A DNA stretch of 64,000 nucleotides from Selaginella moellendorffii (Eukaryota; Plantae; Lycopodiophyta). Under the pieces are notes generated by a model, which saw nothing but the letters and a program-made list of their open reading frames with translations, was not told where the DNA came from and did no database searches. The DNA lies in the NCBI RefSeq assembly GCF_000143415.4, contig NW_003314312.1, forward strand, positions 983,510 to 1,047,509, given 5' to 3'. Positions within the stretch are counted from its first letter, which is position 1; the number at the start of each line of letters is the position of its first letter. This document shows, one piece after another, positions 1 through 11,400 of this stretch. A program made the translations under genes and the position numbers.

Positions 1-398
1 AGCTCCAACAGCGAGCTCCCCAAGAGCTTCGTCCAGTTTAGACTGTCTACTTTCACGGAAGTGCTGCAAAAGCAGAAGCTGGTGATTTTTTGTAGCCGGG
101 AAGTGACCATGGAGACCGAGGTTTGCACACAGTCGCATTCGTCCAGCTCTGCCTTGTGCTTGCAACACCGGCCCATTTCCGGGCATGAAATGCTGACGCC
201 CTCGAACCATTTCGTGTGATCGCGCCAGGAGCGGCAGACTCCCGAGAGCGCCAGCACGAACCGAAATTCATCCAGGTTCTCATAGCTGGAGACCACGATC
301 TGATATACTTTCAAGAGGACATCAAGCGGCAGTGCTGACCAATCGGCATTCTGTGCACGAGGAAAAGACTCGCAACTTACTCGTTTTCTCTTTTCCAT
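1..398 (-). CDS. F-box protein, 5' part (runs off the window edge)
   Basis: Manual translation from ATG at 398 gives MEKRKRVSCESFPRAQNADWSALPLDVLLKVYQIVV...LALSGVCRSWR..., which contains F-box hallmarks (W-x-x-LP-D-L...L-x-x-VCRSW). Open to position 1. Not in the ORF track because no stop lies in the window. Confidence 0.8.
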   Translation of the reverse strand, partial: MEKRKRVSCESFPRAQNADWSALPLDVLLKVYQIVVSSYENLDEFRFVLALSGVCRSWRDHTKWFEGVSISCPEMGRCCKHKAELDECDCVQTSVSMVTSRLQKITSFCFCSTSVKVDSLNWTKLLGSSLLE

Positions 399-537
399 AG
401 AAACGAGCCCTAAAAACCGTTTCCTTTCCAAGGAACGGGAAGACGTTTAAAGAATATGCCAAATGGCCCTAACTTCCATCTTTTAGGGGTTTTAAGGATT
501 AGGGTTCTTCCAAGAATGCGGGCGCGATGGTGGGGGG

Positions 538-2937
538 ATGATCCTGTCGGCGCTCCTTGCGGCGATCAAGGAATGCGGCATCGCCAGAAATCTGGAGCGC
601 GGGCGCAGGCTTCACGAGCAGGCCATCTACAGCGGCCACGATTCAAACAAGTATGTGGCTGGCAGCCTTCTCAGCATGTATGCCAAATGCGGCAGAATGG
701 AGGAGGCGCGCATGGTCTTCGATTCCATGCGCCACCGCGATGTGGTTCCCTGGACGGCGCTGGCAATGGGCTACGCGGAGAATGGGCAGGAGGAGGTCGC
801 GCTGGAAATTTTTGGGCGGATCGAGCAGCCCAATGCGCTGAGCTTCGTGGCGGCCATGAGGGCCGTGACGGGGCTAGCGCTGCGCGAGGCGGGGAGATTG
901 TTCCATGGGAGGATAGTCAGGGTGGAATCGCTCAAGAGAGGCGAGTGGATCCATTCGCAGCTCCACTGCCTCGTGTCGGATATGGTGGCGAATTCTCTGC
1001 TCGATATGTATGCCAAGTGTGGATGCTTGGAGAGGGCGCTCTGGATTTTCGAGAGGATGCCTTGCCACAGCATTGTGTCTTGGAACGCTCTCGTGCTGGG
1101 CTGTGCCGAGAATGACGAGGCAGCCATGGCGGTGGAGCTGTTTGAGAGAATGGTGGCCGGCAGCGCTTCTGGCCAGAGCTCCACTCCGCCGCCACCGAAT
1201 GGAAGAAGTTTCGTCTCGGCGCTCAAGGCTTGCTCGGTTCTAGCATCCCAGGAAGAGAGCAAAGAGATGGTAGATGGAAGAGCTGTGAAGAGTCGAGCTT
1301 TGGAGAGAGGGAAATGGATCCACTTGAGACTTTCAAGCAACAGCGAAGTTGGCCGAGACCACTATGTGTCGAGCGCACTTCTCGACTTCTACGCAAAGTG
1401 TGGGAGCATGGTGGACGCTCGCAGGGTGTTCGATCGAATGCCACAGCACGACTCGGTCACTTTGAACGCGCTACTGCTCGGATACACGGACAACGGCGAG
1501 GACGAGATGGCCTTGGAGCTGTTCTTGAGCCTCTCCAGAGCTCTCAGTGACGGGAGGAGTTTCGTGGCTCCTCTCAAAGCTTGCAGCAATCTGGCTGAGA
1601 AGGAACAAGGCCAGATCGTCCAAGGCCATGGGAAGCTTGTCAAGTTGGAAACTCTGGAAAGAGGCATGCTCGTGCACTCGCTGGCAGTGAAAAGCCAGTG
1701 TGAGACGGACGTCTTCGTGGCGAGCATCTTGGTGACGATGTACGCGAGGTGCGGAAGCATGGTGGACGCTCGCAAAGCGTTCGACCGGATGCCAAGTCGC
1801 AATGTGGTGTCCTGGAACTCACTCATCCTGGGATACTCCGAGAATGGAGAGCCCGAGCTGGCTATCGAGTCCTTCGAGAGCATGGAACTCCAGGGAAACT
1901 CTCCAACTTTTCTAGCAGCGCTCAAGGCTTGTTCCAGCCTTGCCGACAAGGAAGAGGCGAGCTACGTCGACGGGAAGCTTGTCAAGGCCAAGTCTCTCGA
2001 GAAAGGCGCAGCTCTTCACGTCCAAGCTTCCAGAGCTGGCTGTGACTCGGACACCTTTGTGGCGAATTGCTTGGTGGACATGTATGCCAAGTGTGGGGAC
2101 TTGGCCGAAGCGAGCAGGGTTTTCGAGAGCATGTCGAGCCACAGCGTGGTTTCTTTCAACGCTCTCATGCTGGCCTACGCCGAGAACCAACAGGGGGACG
2201 TGACTCTCAGCTTTTTCTCTCGAATGGTGCCGGAGGGATGCCAGCCGAATGCTCTCAGCTATGTTGCAGCGATCAAAGCGTGCTCGAGCTTGGTCACTCT
2301 GGACATTGGCAAGGGAATCCAGGCTCAAGTCTGCCGCCGCGGCTTGGAGAGTGACCCGGTTCTAGAGGCCAGTCTCGTCGACGTCTTTGGCAAGTGTGGA
2401 AGCATGATGAACGCTCAGCTGGTGTTTGATTCAGTCCCCGGCAGGGATCCAGTGACTTGGACGTCTCTCATGGTAGGCTACAGTCGACAATGTGATTCTC
2501 ACATCGTTTTCGAGCTTTTCCAGGAGATGAAAGAGCAGAGCTTGAGGCCAGACGCGGTGACTTTCATCGCCATTCTCACTGCTTGCAGTCACGCGGGCCT
2601 GGTGGAGAGAGGCAAGGGCTATTTTCGAGAGATGAGCTCCAGGTATGGAGTGGAGCCCCAGATCGAGCACTACTCTTGCATGGTGGACATTCTGGGACGA
2701 GCAAACCGGCTGCCCGAGGCGGTGGAGCTGCTGGAAAGAATGCCGGTGAGAGCGAGCAGGATCACTTGGTCGACGCTGCTGGGCGCGAGCAAAAAGTGGA
2801 AGAACCTGGAAGTCGGGAGGTTTGCATTTGATTCGCTCATGGCGCTGGATGACAGTGATCCCGCAGCCTATGTGCTCATGTCCAACCTCTATAACCAAAG
2901 CTCGCAAGAGATTGTGCCTCATGGAAGTTCTTCTTGA
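538..2937 (+). CDS. PLS-class pentatricopeptide repeat protein with E domain, no DYW (799 aa, intronless)
   Basis: Repeated P-L-S triplets (MYAKCG...A..VF..M...VVSW..L..GY). C-terminal L2-S2-E1-E2 signatures: TFIAILTACSHAGLV, EHYSCMVDILGRA, WSTLLGA, AAYVLMSNLY. Confidence 0.95.
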   Translation: MILSALLAAIKECGIARNLERGRRLHEQAIYSGHDSNKYVAGSLLSMYAKCGRMEEARMVFDSMRHRDVVPWTALAMGYAENGQEEVALEIFGRIEQPNALSFVAAMRAVTGLALREAGRLFHGRIVRVESLKRGEWIHSQLHCLVSDMVANSLLDMYAKCGCLERALWIFERMPCHSIVSWNALVLGCAENDEAAMAVELFERMVAGSASGQSSTPPPPNGRSFVSALKACSVLASQEESKEMVDGRAVKSRALERGKWIHLRLSSNSEVGRDHYVSSALLDFYAKCGSMVDARRVFDRMPQHDSVTLNALLLGYTDNGEDEMALELFLSLSRALSDGRSFVAPLKACSNLAEKEQGQIVQGHGKLVKLETLERGMLVHSLAVKSQCETDVFVASILVTMYARCGSMVDARKAFDRMPSRNVVSWNSLILGYSENGEPELAIESFESMELQGNSPTFLAALKACSSLADKEEASYVDGKLVKAKSLEKGAALHVQASRAGCDSDTFVANCLVDMYAKCGDLAEASRVFESMSSHSVVSFNALMLAYAENQQGDVTLSFFSRMVPEGCQPNALSYVAAIKACSSLVTLDIGKGIQAQVCRRGLESDPVLEASLVDVFGKCGSMMNAQLVFDSVPGRDPVTWTSLMVGYSRQCDSHIVFELFQEMKEQSLRPDAVTFIAILTACSHAGLVERGKGYFREMSSRYGVEPQIEHYSCMVDILGRANRLPEAVELLERMPVRASRITWSTLLGASKKWKNLEVGRFAFDSLMALDDSDPAAYVLMSNLYNQSSQEIVPHGSSS

Positions 2938-3053
2938 TCAACGGCCTTTCAGCTGATATGGAACGGCCAACGGCCATTCCACGATAATGCCGTACTACCT
3001 CGCGAATATTCGTACGAAACGCATAGCGACCTAGGGTTTATCGCGAGAGGGAC

Positions 3054-3286
3054 ATGGCGGCCAAGATCCAGCTTCCCTCCACATTCCTCTCGTATCTCAT
3101 CATGTTCACGGCGGCGTTCACCGGCGCATCGATCGTCCATAACATCGCCAAGCCGGATCTGGTAAGCGCGATTGATCCATCGATTATTTCTTTCTCATCC
3201 ACGTTTTCGTGGGGCAGAGATTGCCGAAGGTCGATGAAGCAGGCAACAAGATAGATGCTCGCGATTCTTCTGATTCTAGGGGATGA
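3054..3286 (+). CDS. BRAWNIN/UQCC6 (DUF4516)-like mitochondrial microprotein, 58 aa, exons 3054-3161 and 3218-3286
   Basis: GTAAGC...GGCAG 56-nt intron (3162-3217). Spliced product MAAKIQLPSTFLSYLIMFTAAFTGASIVHNIAKPDLRLPKVDEAGNKIDARDSSDSRG has a TM segment followed by GA.(V/I)VH...(R/K)PDL..P, as recalled for BRAWNIN. Telo-box (TAGGGTTT) at ~3032. Confidence 0.75.
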
Positions 3287-3409
3287 AGGAAGAATGCCGC
3301 TCTATTGCGATCGAGAAAGCCACAGCTTAGCAGCTCTGGCCAGCTTTCGCTCCATCTGACGATCCTCCCATCCATCCTGGTGCCTCTCTCCCTCTCAGCC
3401 AGAGCCGCG

Positions 3410-5345
3410 CAAGCCATGAGAGCCACCACTAAAGTAGCACCGCTAGGTGAGGAGCTTGGAGAGAGGGATGGCTGTCTAGCGGCCAAGTGTGGCTGGGACT
3501 CCAACCTCTTCGTGGCCAACACGCTCATTGGTATGTACTCAAAGTGTGGCTGTGTAGCCGAGGCTTGCGCTGTTTTCTCCAGGTTGACGCTCTGTCTTGG
3601 AACTCTCTCATGCTCACTGCACTCTCTGGCTATGGAGCTCGGCTTTGTGTCGGATGTCTACGTTGGAAGCACGCTGGTGGACATGTACGCGAGCTGTGGG
3701 AGACTGGACCGTGCTCGAGAGGTGTTTGAGAAGATGAGGCAGCGGGATGCTGTGTCGTGGACCACCATGATCCAGGGATGCATAGACAACGAGGAAGGGG
3801 AGATGGCTTTGCAGCTGTTTCGACGTGTGAGCTCCTGCGAAGATGGTGTTCTACCCGATGGTTCCACCTACGTGGCGGCGTTAACGGCTTGCGCTGGCCT
3901 GGCTGCGAGAGAAGTTGGATTCCAATGTGCTCGTATGAGGATCCGGGAAAGCTGGTGAAGCTCCAGTCTCTGCAGAAGGGGATGGAGATCCACAGGCAGG
4001 CTCCTACTCTTCGGACTTCTTCGTGGCCAGCTCCTTGGTGGTGATGTATGCCAAGTGTGGAAGTATGGCGGATGCTCGGGCAATCTTCGACAGGCTTCCT
4101 CGTTATGATGCGGTGTGCTGGACGGCACTGATACTCCGCTACGCGGAGAGCGACGAGACCGAGCTAGCTTTGGAGCTCTTCTGGTGCATGCAACGAGAAG
4201 TAGGCTGTCTTCCGAGCTCTCGGACGATTGTCACAGCACTGGTAGCTTGCACGGGACTGGCAGCGAAGGAACAAGGTCAGCAGATTGATGGAAAGCTCGT
4301 GAAAGTCTCGTGTTTGGACAAAGGCATGGCCATCCACTGTGAAGCTGCGAAGTTCGGGTGGGATTGTGACGTATTCGTAGCCAGCAGTCTCGTCGACTTT
4401 TATGGGAAGTGCGGAAGCGTGCTGAATGCGCGGCTTACCTTTGACAGAATGCCGCGGCATGACAGGGTGGTGTGGACAGCGATGATCCAGGCCTGTGGAG
4501 AGAATGGAGAGGATGAAGCGGCAGTGGAGTTATTCCATTGCATGGAGACTCGGGGGCTGCTGCCAAACGCTTGGACCTCTGTCGCTGCGCTGAGTTCCAT
4601 TGCTACTGTGGCTGCTGCAATGGAAGAAGAGGACTGCGTGGGGACGGACTACTTGGAGAGGGTGACGAGCATCCACTCTCGCTGCCGAGACGTCCACTTT
4701 TATCATGGAGAACACGCTGATTGACGCCTACTCCAAATGCGGTAGCGTGATGGATGCCCGGAAGGTGTTCGAGTCCTGGAACGCTCTCATACTTGGGCTC
4801 GTAGACAACGGGGAAGCCGAGCTTGCGACCGAGATGTTCGCACACATGACGCAGAACGAGAGCAGTCCAGCAGCGGCAGACACCCGGACTTTCGCCGCCG
4901 TGGTCACGGCTTGGAGCAACTTGGCAGCCTTGGAGACTGGAAAGCTCGTCCACGCTCGCGTTTGCCGGCTGGGGGTGGAGTGCGAGCCATACGTATCCAA
5001 TTCCCTGGTGGGACTCTACAGCAGATGCGGGTCTATAAGCGACGCCGAGGAGCTCTTTGGTTCCATCAGCGACCGGAAGAGCGTGGTGGCATGGTCGGCG
5101 CTGCTAGCCGGATACAGCAGCCAGGGAGCTTGCGAGAAAGCGTTTAGCTTTCTCGAAGGATCCACAGGGAAGGCTTAGTATGGCGTGGTGCAGGAGCTCA
5201 AGCACTACCACTGCATGATCGATATGCTTGGAAGGGCCAACCTGGTGGGTGAAGCGGTGGAGACGGTGGAAACCATGCCGTATAGAGCAACAGCCATGAC
5301 TTGGACGATTGTCTTGGCGGCGTGTCACAAATGGAACAATCACGC
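3410..5345 (+). pseudogene. Frameshifted PLS-E PPR pseudogene, paralog of 538-2937
   Basis: PPR motifs split over ORFs 3305-3958, 4023-4724, 4705-5178 and 5185-5586, with frameshifts and deletions. Ends in KHYHCMIDMLGRA...WTIVLAACHKW (E1). Confidence 0.88.
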
Positions 5346-6585
5346 CGCTGGGATTGGTGAAGCTGGAGCCAGAGAACGCGGCGGCCTACTTACAGCCACC
5401 GGGAGGTTGATCTCTCTCGCAATTAGTCGGTTTGGTTCCACTTCAGTTGAAAGTCTGATGTCAGCACCTAGAATGTTACATGGATTTGATGTGGTGCCTA
5501 TGTGGCACCCTGAGAGAGGGAGTGAAGCCCACACCATCGAGGATGAGAAGTGGATGCGATTGGAGGAGGCTTTGTGTTTTGAATGAAAATCCTTCAAACG
5601 TGTTCTAGGCTCTTTGATCTTGATCCCTTTGAACGCTGCCGATTCGATCAAACTTCGTGTCTTGGCTTTGTTGCCTTTTTGCAGCATTATTCATTGCCAC
5701 TACATTTGATGGTTTCACGACGGGCCACGTTCACACTGTTCTCATGGAAATGCAAGTCAGAGCTTTGAAAAACCATGGAACTTAAATTGTTACATCTTCA
5801 GATGAGCATAGCAACGGCTTACGGAGTCCCACGAAAAGTACGCTCCATTTCACAAGTAATTTCTTTTTCTATTTCTCTGTTCTTTTCGTTCCCAATGTGA
5901 TAATCTCGTGACAGCTTAAGCTCTCTGGAAAAACGAGAGGCTTGTAAAGACTGCCCGAGGTTCCAATGTTATTCAAGTAATTTCCATGTTTCAATGCTTT
6001 TTCATCTCTCCTGGTGTGGAGTATGGATGTTTTTACTAATCAACAGGAAATGGAAGAAAATGTTTCAGTTCGATCAAATTCGCTACTCCAGGGGACGACC
6101 ATCGTTTCTGCGCATGATTTAAATTTAAATTATCAGAACTTGGTTCCTCAGTTTGGGGCCCGACTTGGGAAGAGCTGCTCATGCAGTTGAAAAATGGTCA
6201 TCAATCTATGTGGTGTGCGACGCGTTACACTTGCGAGAGCCGTGCTTTGATCCCGCATTTAGCTTCGTCAAGTTTTATAACCAAACTGGCCTACCATGAA
6301 CCGGAATGGAAGCCCCTGAATGCCCTCCTTCTTCAGCTGCGCCGCGATCACCCTGGGGCGCCACCAGTAGACAGTCACGAATCACCATAGTGCTGCAGTG
6401 AAGAGGACGATGCAAGTGCTCAAGATCCATCTCCCTTCCATTTGCTGGATTAAGGGTAAAATGTGTGGGAGATGTGGGCGAGTACATTTAAGCCAAACAG
6501 ATGGAGTGGATCTATCCCTGTCACAGCAGCTTATTTGGGCATGGAAATGCTTGTGCAGCTATGATCTTAAAGAAGATCATAAAGA

Positions 6586-6760
6586 TCAGTCCACCAACTC
6601 CTCTAGTTGGCACTTGAGCTCCTTGAGTTCTTTTTCGTTCAAACGATAGGGGGGATGAACCACTGCCTCAGCACCCTCGACCAGCTTAATCTTATGTTCT
6701 ATCGGTCGTGTGGGGGGCAACCCTGTCGGTAACTCTTCCGGCATGGGATCCTGAAATTGG
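6586..6760 (-). mobile_element. Ty3/gypsy pol fragment (pre-RT region)
   Basis: FQDPMPEELPTGLPPTRPIEHKIKLVEGAEAVVHPPYRLNEKELKELKCQLEELVD is the typical sequence just before gypsy RT. Confidence 0.8.
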
Positions 6761-8454
6761 TCAAACACAGACCGCCATCTCGAGTGCCTCGAGAAATGCC
6801 TTGAGAAGTGCGAAGAAAACAACATTGCCCTCAACCCCGAGAAATGCGCCTTCTTCATCAAGTCTGGAGTACTTCTCGGCCACATTGTCTGCAAAGATGG
6901 CATACTCATCGACAAGGACAAAGTCGAAGTCATACTTCAGCTCGACCCGCCAAAGAACCAGAAGGACCTCCGAAGATTTCTCGGCAAGATCGGATACCAC
7001 CGAAGATTCATCCACAAGTACGCCGACATCGCCAAACCTCTCACCGACGGTCTCCAGCTCGACGCCCAGTGGATCTGGTTGGACACTCAGCAGACAGCAT
7101 TTGACAACCTCAAGCTCAAGCTCACTACTGCACCAATACTCGCCAAACCAGACTGGACCAAAGAGTTCCATATCCACGTTGACACCTCTGACATTGGCAC
7201 TGGCACAGTGCTTAGCCAAGCCCAGAGGGACAACTGAGACCAGCCGATCTACTACGCAAGCAGACTACTCACCTCGACCGAACACAACTACACCACCACT
7301 GAGAAAGAAGCCCTCGGCATGGTTTACGCCCTCCAGAAGTTTCGGCACTACATTCTTTCGAGCAAAGTTGTCATTTTCGTTGACCACAAGGCCCTCCTTT
7401 ACCTCATCAACAAGCCCATACTCTCCGGCCGAATTTCCAGATGGTTCCTTCTACTCCAAGAGTACAACTTCAAAATCGTCCACAAGCCCGGTCGACAGCA
7501 TGAACAGGCCGACTTCCTCAGCTGCATCACCACCGGAGAATCGCCCAATCGACTCACTGACGATTTGCCTGACTCCAACCTTTTCCGAATTTCAGTACCA
7601 GCAACATGGCTCGACGACATCTTTGCCTACCTCAGCTCAGCAAAAGTCCCAGCTCAGCATACAACGCCAGACCAGAGAAAGACTTTTGTCTCGAAAACCC
7701 ACCGATACTCCATCATCGGCGGCAGCCTCTACAAACTCGGCATCGACAACATACTTAGAAGATGCATCAAAGTTCCAGAGACCCTCCGGATTATAAACGA
7801 AGCACATTCTGGACCGTCTGGCGGCCACTTCGCCTCCGACACGACCGTCTGGAAGATTCTCCAGTCAGGACTCTGGTGGCCGACAATCTGGCGAGACACC
7901 GAAGACTTCTGCCGGAAATGCGATACCTGCTAGAGGAATCGACTTCCGCCGAAAACTCAGAGTCAACCGCTCAACCGCGCCTTTCCAGAGATGGGGACTC
8001 GACTTCGTTGGACCCCAAATCACCACAGCCTGGAAGAACCAGTACATCATTGTTGCCACCGACTACGCCACCAAATGGGCCGAAGCAGCTCCACTCAAGC
8101 AAGCAACCGCCAAGCCAACAGCCAAGTTCATCTACGAGAACATCATCACCCGCTTTGGAACACCACTCGAACTTGTCACCAACCGCGGCAGCCACTTCAT
8201 CAACGAAACCATTGGACACCTTACCGAAGAGTTCCAGATCCGACACAAGACATCAACGCCCTACTACCTGCAAGGCAGCGGCCAAGCTGAAGCCACCAAC
8301 AAGACCCTCAAGACAATTCTCAAGAAAGTCATCAGCGATTCCGGCAAAGATTGGGACGAGAAACTTGCAGACGTTCTCTGGGCCTACCGGACAGCATACA
8401 AGATCACCACCAACATGACACCGTTCAAGCTCGCCTTTGGAATAGAAGCCATAA
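6761..8454 (+). mobile_element. Ty3/gypsy pol fragment (RT C-terminus, RNase H, integrase), interrupted
   Basis: LNPEKC..LLGHIV; HVDTSD...YYASR...YTTTEKEALGMV...DHKAL; HSGPSGGHF...GLWWPT...CRKCDTC; WGLDFVGP, DYATKWAEA. In-frame stops present. Confidence 0.92.
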
Positions 8455-11400
8455 CAAACTCCATTTGACTCTATTTTGCATGTTGGTCCTGGCATTAGGA
8501 TGTTGGATGCTCTAGGACTATTACAAGTTGTTATACCTTCACTCCTTAGGCTATATGCTCAAGAGTTGCACCATTCTCAAGTTCTATTGTTCCTTGGTTC
8601 TATGCTTAAAAGTTTAGCACCCTTTTTTCGTTCAGTGGCCCAAGGCTCTAAAACTCAAGTTTCACACTACTGTCCTTTAGACATATAGCATGTGGCATCT
8701 GGCACATAGAGGGTTTAAGTTTTGTTTCATGGTTATCCAATAGTAAATCACTATAGGATGAAGGGTGAAAACCACGTGTGCTACATTTTGTATAAGAGGT
8801 GAGTCTTAGCAAGTACTATCAATAAAATTGGGCAAATAGTCTTGTTGCATATGTAAAGATGAAAATGATGATTCGAATGGGTACACGTTTGGGTGCTAAG
8901 AGTTCGCATTTGTTCCTTGGGTATGGATTTTGGTTACCTTTTGTATCATATTGTATGAGGTTGCACTTGGGCTCATAAGAAGGATTTGAGGTGTATTGTT
9001 TTACATGAGTTTACACTTGGGCTCATGAGTGAAACATATTAGCAACTCAAAGTTGTATTTTGAGTTAGCAGGATTAATGTTAGTCTATCGATGGTTCAAT
9101 GTATCATGGGTAAAAATAAACCTTCCCTAGGTTTGCTAAGAGTGGTAAATAGGTTGGTCTATAGCTATTTAGCATAGCATTAGTGAATCCTTCTTAGGCT
9201 TGATTATGAATGGATCAATCAAGACTGTAAGGATTAGTTTATTGGTTCAAATAATTATTCTCTCATAAACTTTTCTTGGATTGAATTGAAGGCAATGCGA
9301 ATATAAACTTTGAATCTATCTCATAGTCTTCACTTTAATTTTGATTGAGAGTTGATCATGCATAGCTAACCTCTTTAAAGCATCCTCAAAGTTATTGACT
9401 AGTTGTGTTAGTGAGTTTATTGTGGTTAAGTTGGATTTAAGTGGTCATTTAGTCTGTGTTTGTCTATGTACTTGAGGTGTTACCTTCTTGTTGGACAAGT
9501 ATAATTCGATGATGTGTGTTTAGTGTTTAGGTCTTATAAAGGCAAATTAAAGAGTGATTGTTGGTTGTTTGCAACTAGTGGTTACTTGTAGACTTTGTCA
9601 AGGACTTTTGACATTTGTTTTGCTCGATAAAGATTTATTAGTGATGGGCTTGTTTTGTTAGATGGTGTTGCGAAGGATCATGTCGTTAGACTTACATGAT
9701 TTTTCTATGTTAGCATATTGACTCTACCTTTGTCAATATCATTTGGTTACGTTTAGTCCATGGTATTGAATTTCATTAAGTCTTGGATGTGGTGAATCAC
9801 TCTTTGATGATGTGTTATCAATCACTCCTTGAGGATTGGTCTTAGGTTACTAATTAAGGTATCTTCGACTTTGGTTAACTTGGTTGCTATAGAGCTTTAA
9901 GTGGTAATTTACTTTTGCTTTTTATTAATTTTGTTATGGTGTTAATGGCATTCAAGTGATGCTTTGTTATTGACATTGTTAATATTGAGATTTAAGTAAG
10001 TGGGATGAGACGTCTCTCCATGGGATTAATAATGAGTTTTATTAGTTTCAATGGAGATTATATTAATGATTTGGCTGTAACTTTATGTTCTTAGCATTCG
10101 TGCATTTGCTAATTAGCAATTGTATTGGCATTCAAATAAACTGAGTGGCAAGTTGAGATAATTGTGTTCTAAACAAGATTATTTAATAAAGGTTGAGCTT
10201 TAGCTTTTCCTTGAAAAGTGATTTAGTCATAGACTATGCTACCTTTCCGAAAGAAAGAGTTAGTGATCGATATTGAAATATTTGAATCTTTGTTAGATTT
10301 GAGTTGGGGATATATTAATCATTGATGATTTTTCTTGTATTTGTTATGAAGTGAGTTATGTTTTGTTATAAATGGATTCATGGAGGATTATTTAGTGATC
10401 ACTTGTTAAGTATAACTTCATTGTGCTTAGCTTTTGGATTGATGCAGATATGCTCTTTATTAGTTTTGTATTATAAAGTTTAATTTATGAATGTGTTAAG
10501 GAGGATATTATAAGTTGTGCCATGATTTCTTCTTTAGCATTAAAGTTAGTTTATGTAATACTCGTAATCATTGTTAGACAAGATTTAGTTATATGCTTTT
10601 TTAAACTTTTGATTTTTTGAGTTTTATGCTCATTGTTCCATTTGTTATGAGTTGTTGGGGAAAACATTTTAGTTTATTAACTTTGATGTTCAAGTTAGTA
10701 TTTGCATCTGGCAATCATTAGTGATGATTGACTGTTATTTAGAATAGTTGATTATCCTTATCAAAGATTTTGCTAAATTATTGTTGATGTTGAATGATTT
10801 GCCATTCTTGGTAGATTGTTTCTTTGACAATGATTATGCATCTCTTTATTGTTTGGATGATTAATATTCTTTTATGATGGTTAGTTGTTCTCTTTGATAA
10901 CTTATAGCTTTTTGTATTATCACATGTTCTTTGTGGTTTACTCTGCTTAAGTTTAAAATATTGGTAAGATGTTGCTGACACTTGCTTAAGCAATTTGAGT
11001 TTCTCCGTATTGTTGACTAGGATCTATTTAGGTTAGCTAGTGTGATAGTTAGCATGAATAATTGTTTATTTGTTTTACAATTTTTATTCTGTTTTGTTGA
11101 TTGTTGTTTGAGTTGGTTTTAATAGATTAGGATATTATTTCTTTTGGATAATACATTCACAAGCATTTTGCTTACCATTCGATGATACTTTATATTCTTT
11201 AAGTTATATTTTGTAAGTTGTTTAGCATGCTATCTATAACTTTTGGTAGTTAAATTTTATCATTAAGTTTCTTGATGATATAATTTCTATTGAATTTTTT
11301 TGGATGGTGAATTCTATGTTTTCCAACTATATTAATCTTGGTGATTCCTATACTATCATTCTAATTTATCGGATGATAACTTACTTGGAATACATTTGCA

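Noticed and set aside
351-380. 30-nt GT-AG micro-intron in the F-box 5' end
   Set aside because: In frame, stop-free and shorter than the other introns here. It cannot be distinguished from coding sequence without transcripts.
456-1115. Overlapping 219-aa ORF at the PPR start
   Set aside because: Alternative frame of the PPR gene with no protein-family features.
5400-6560. Exon-like fragments with GT/AG boundaries after the PPR pseudogene
   Set aside because: No consistent open spliced frame or recognisable product could be assembled.
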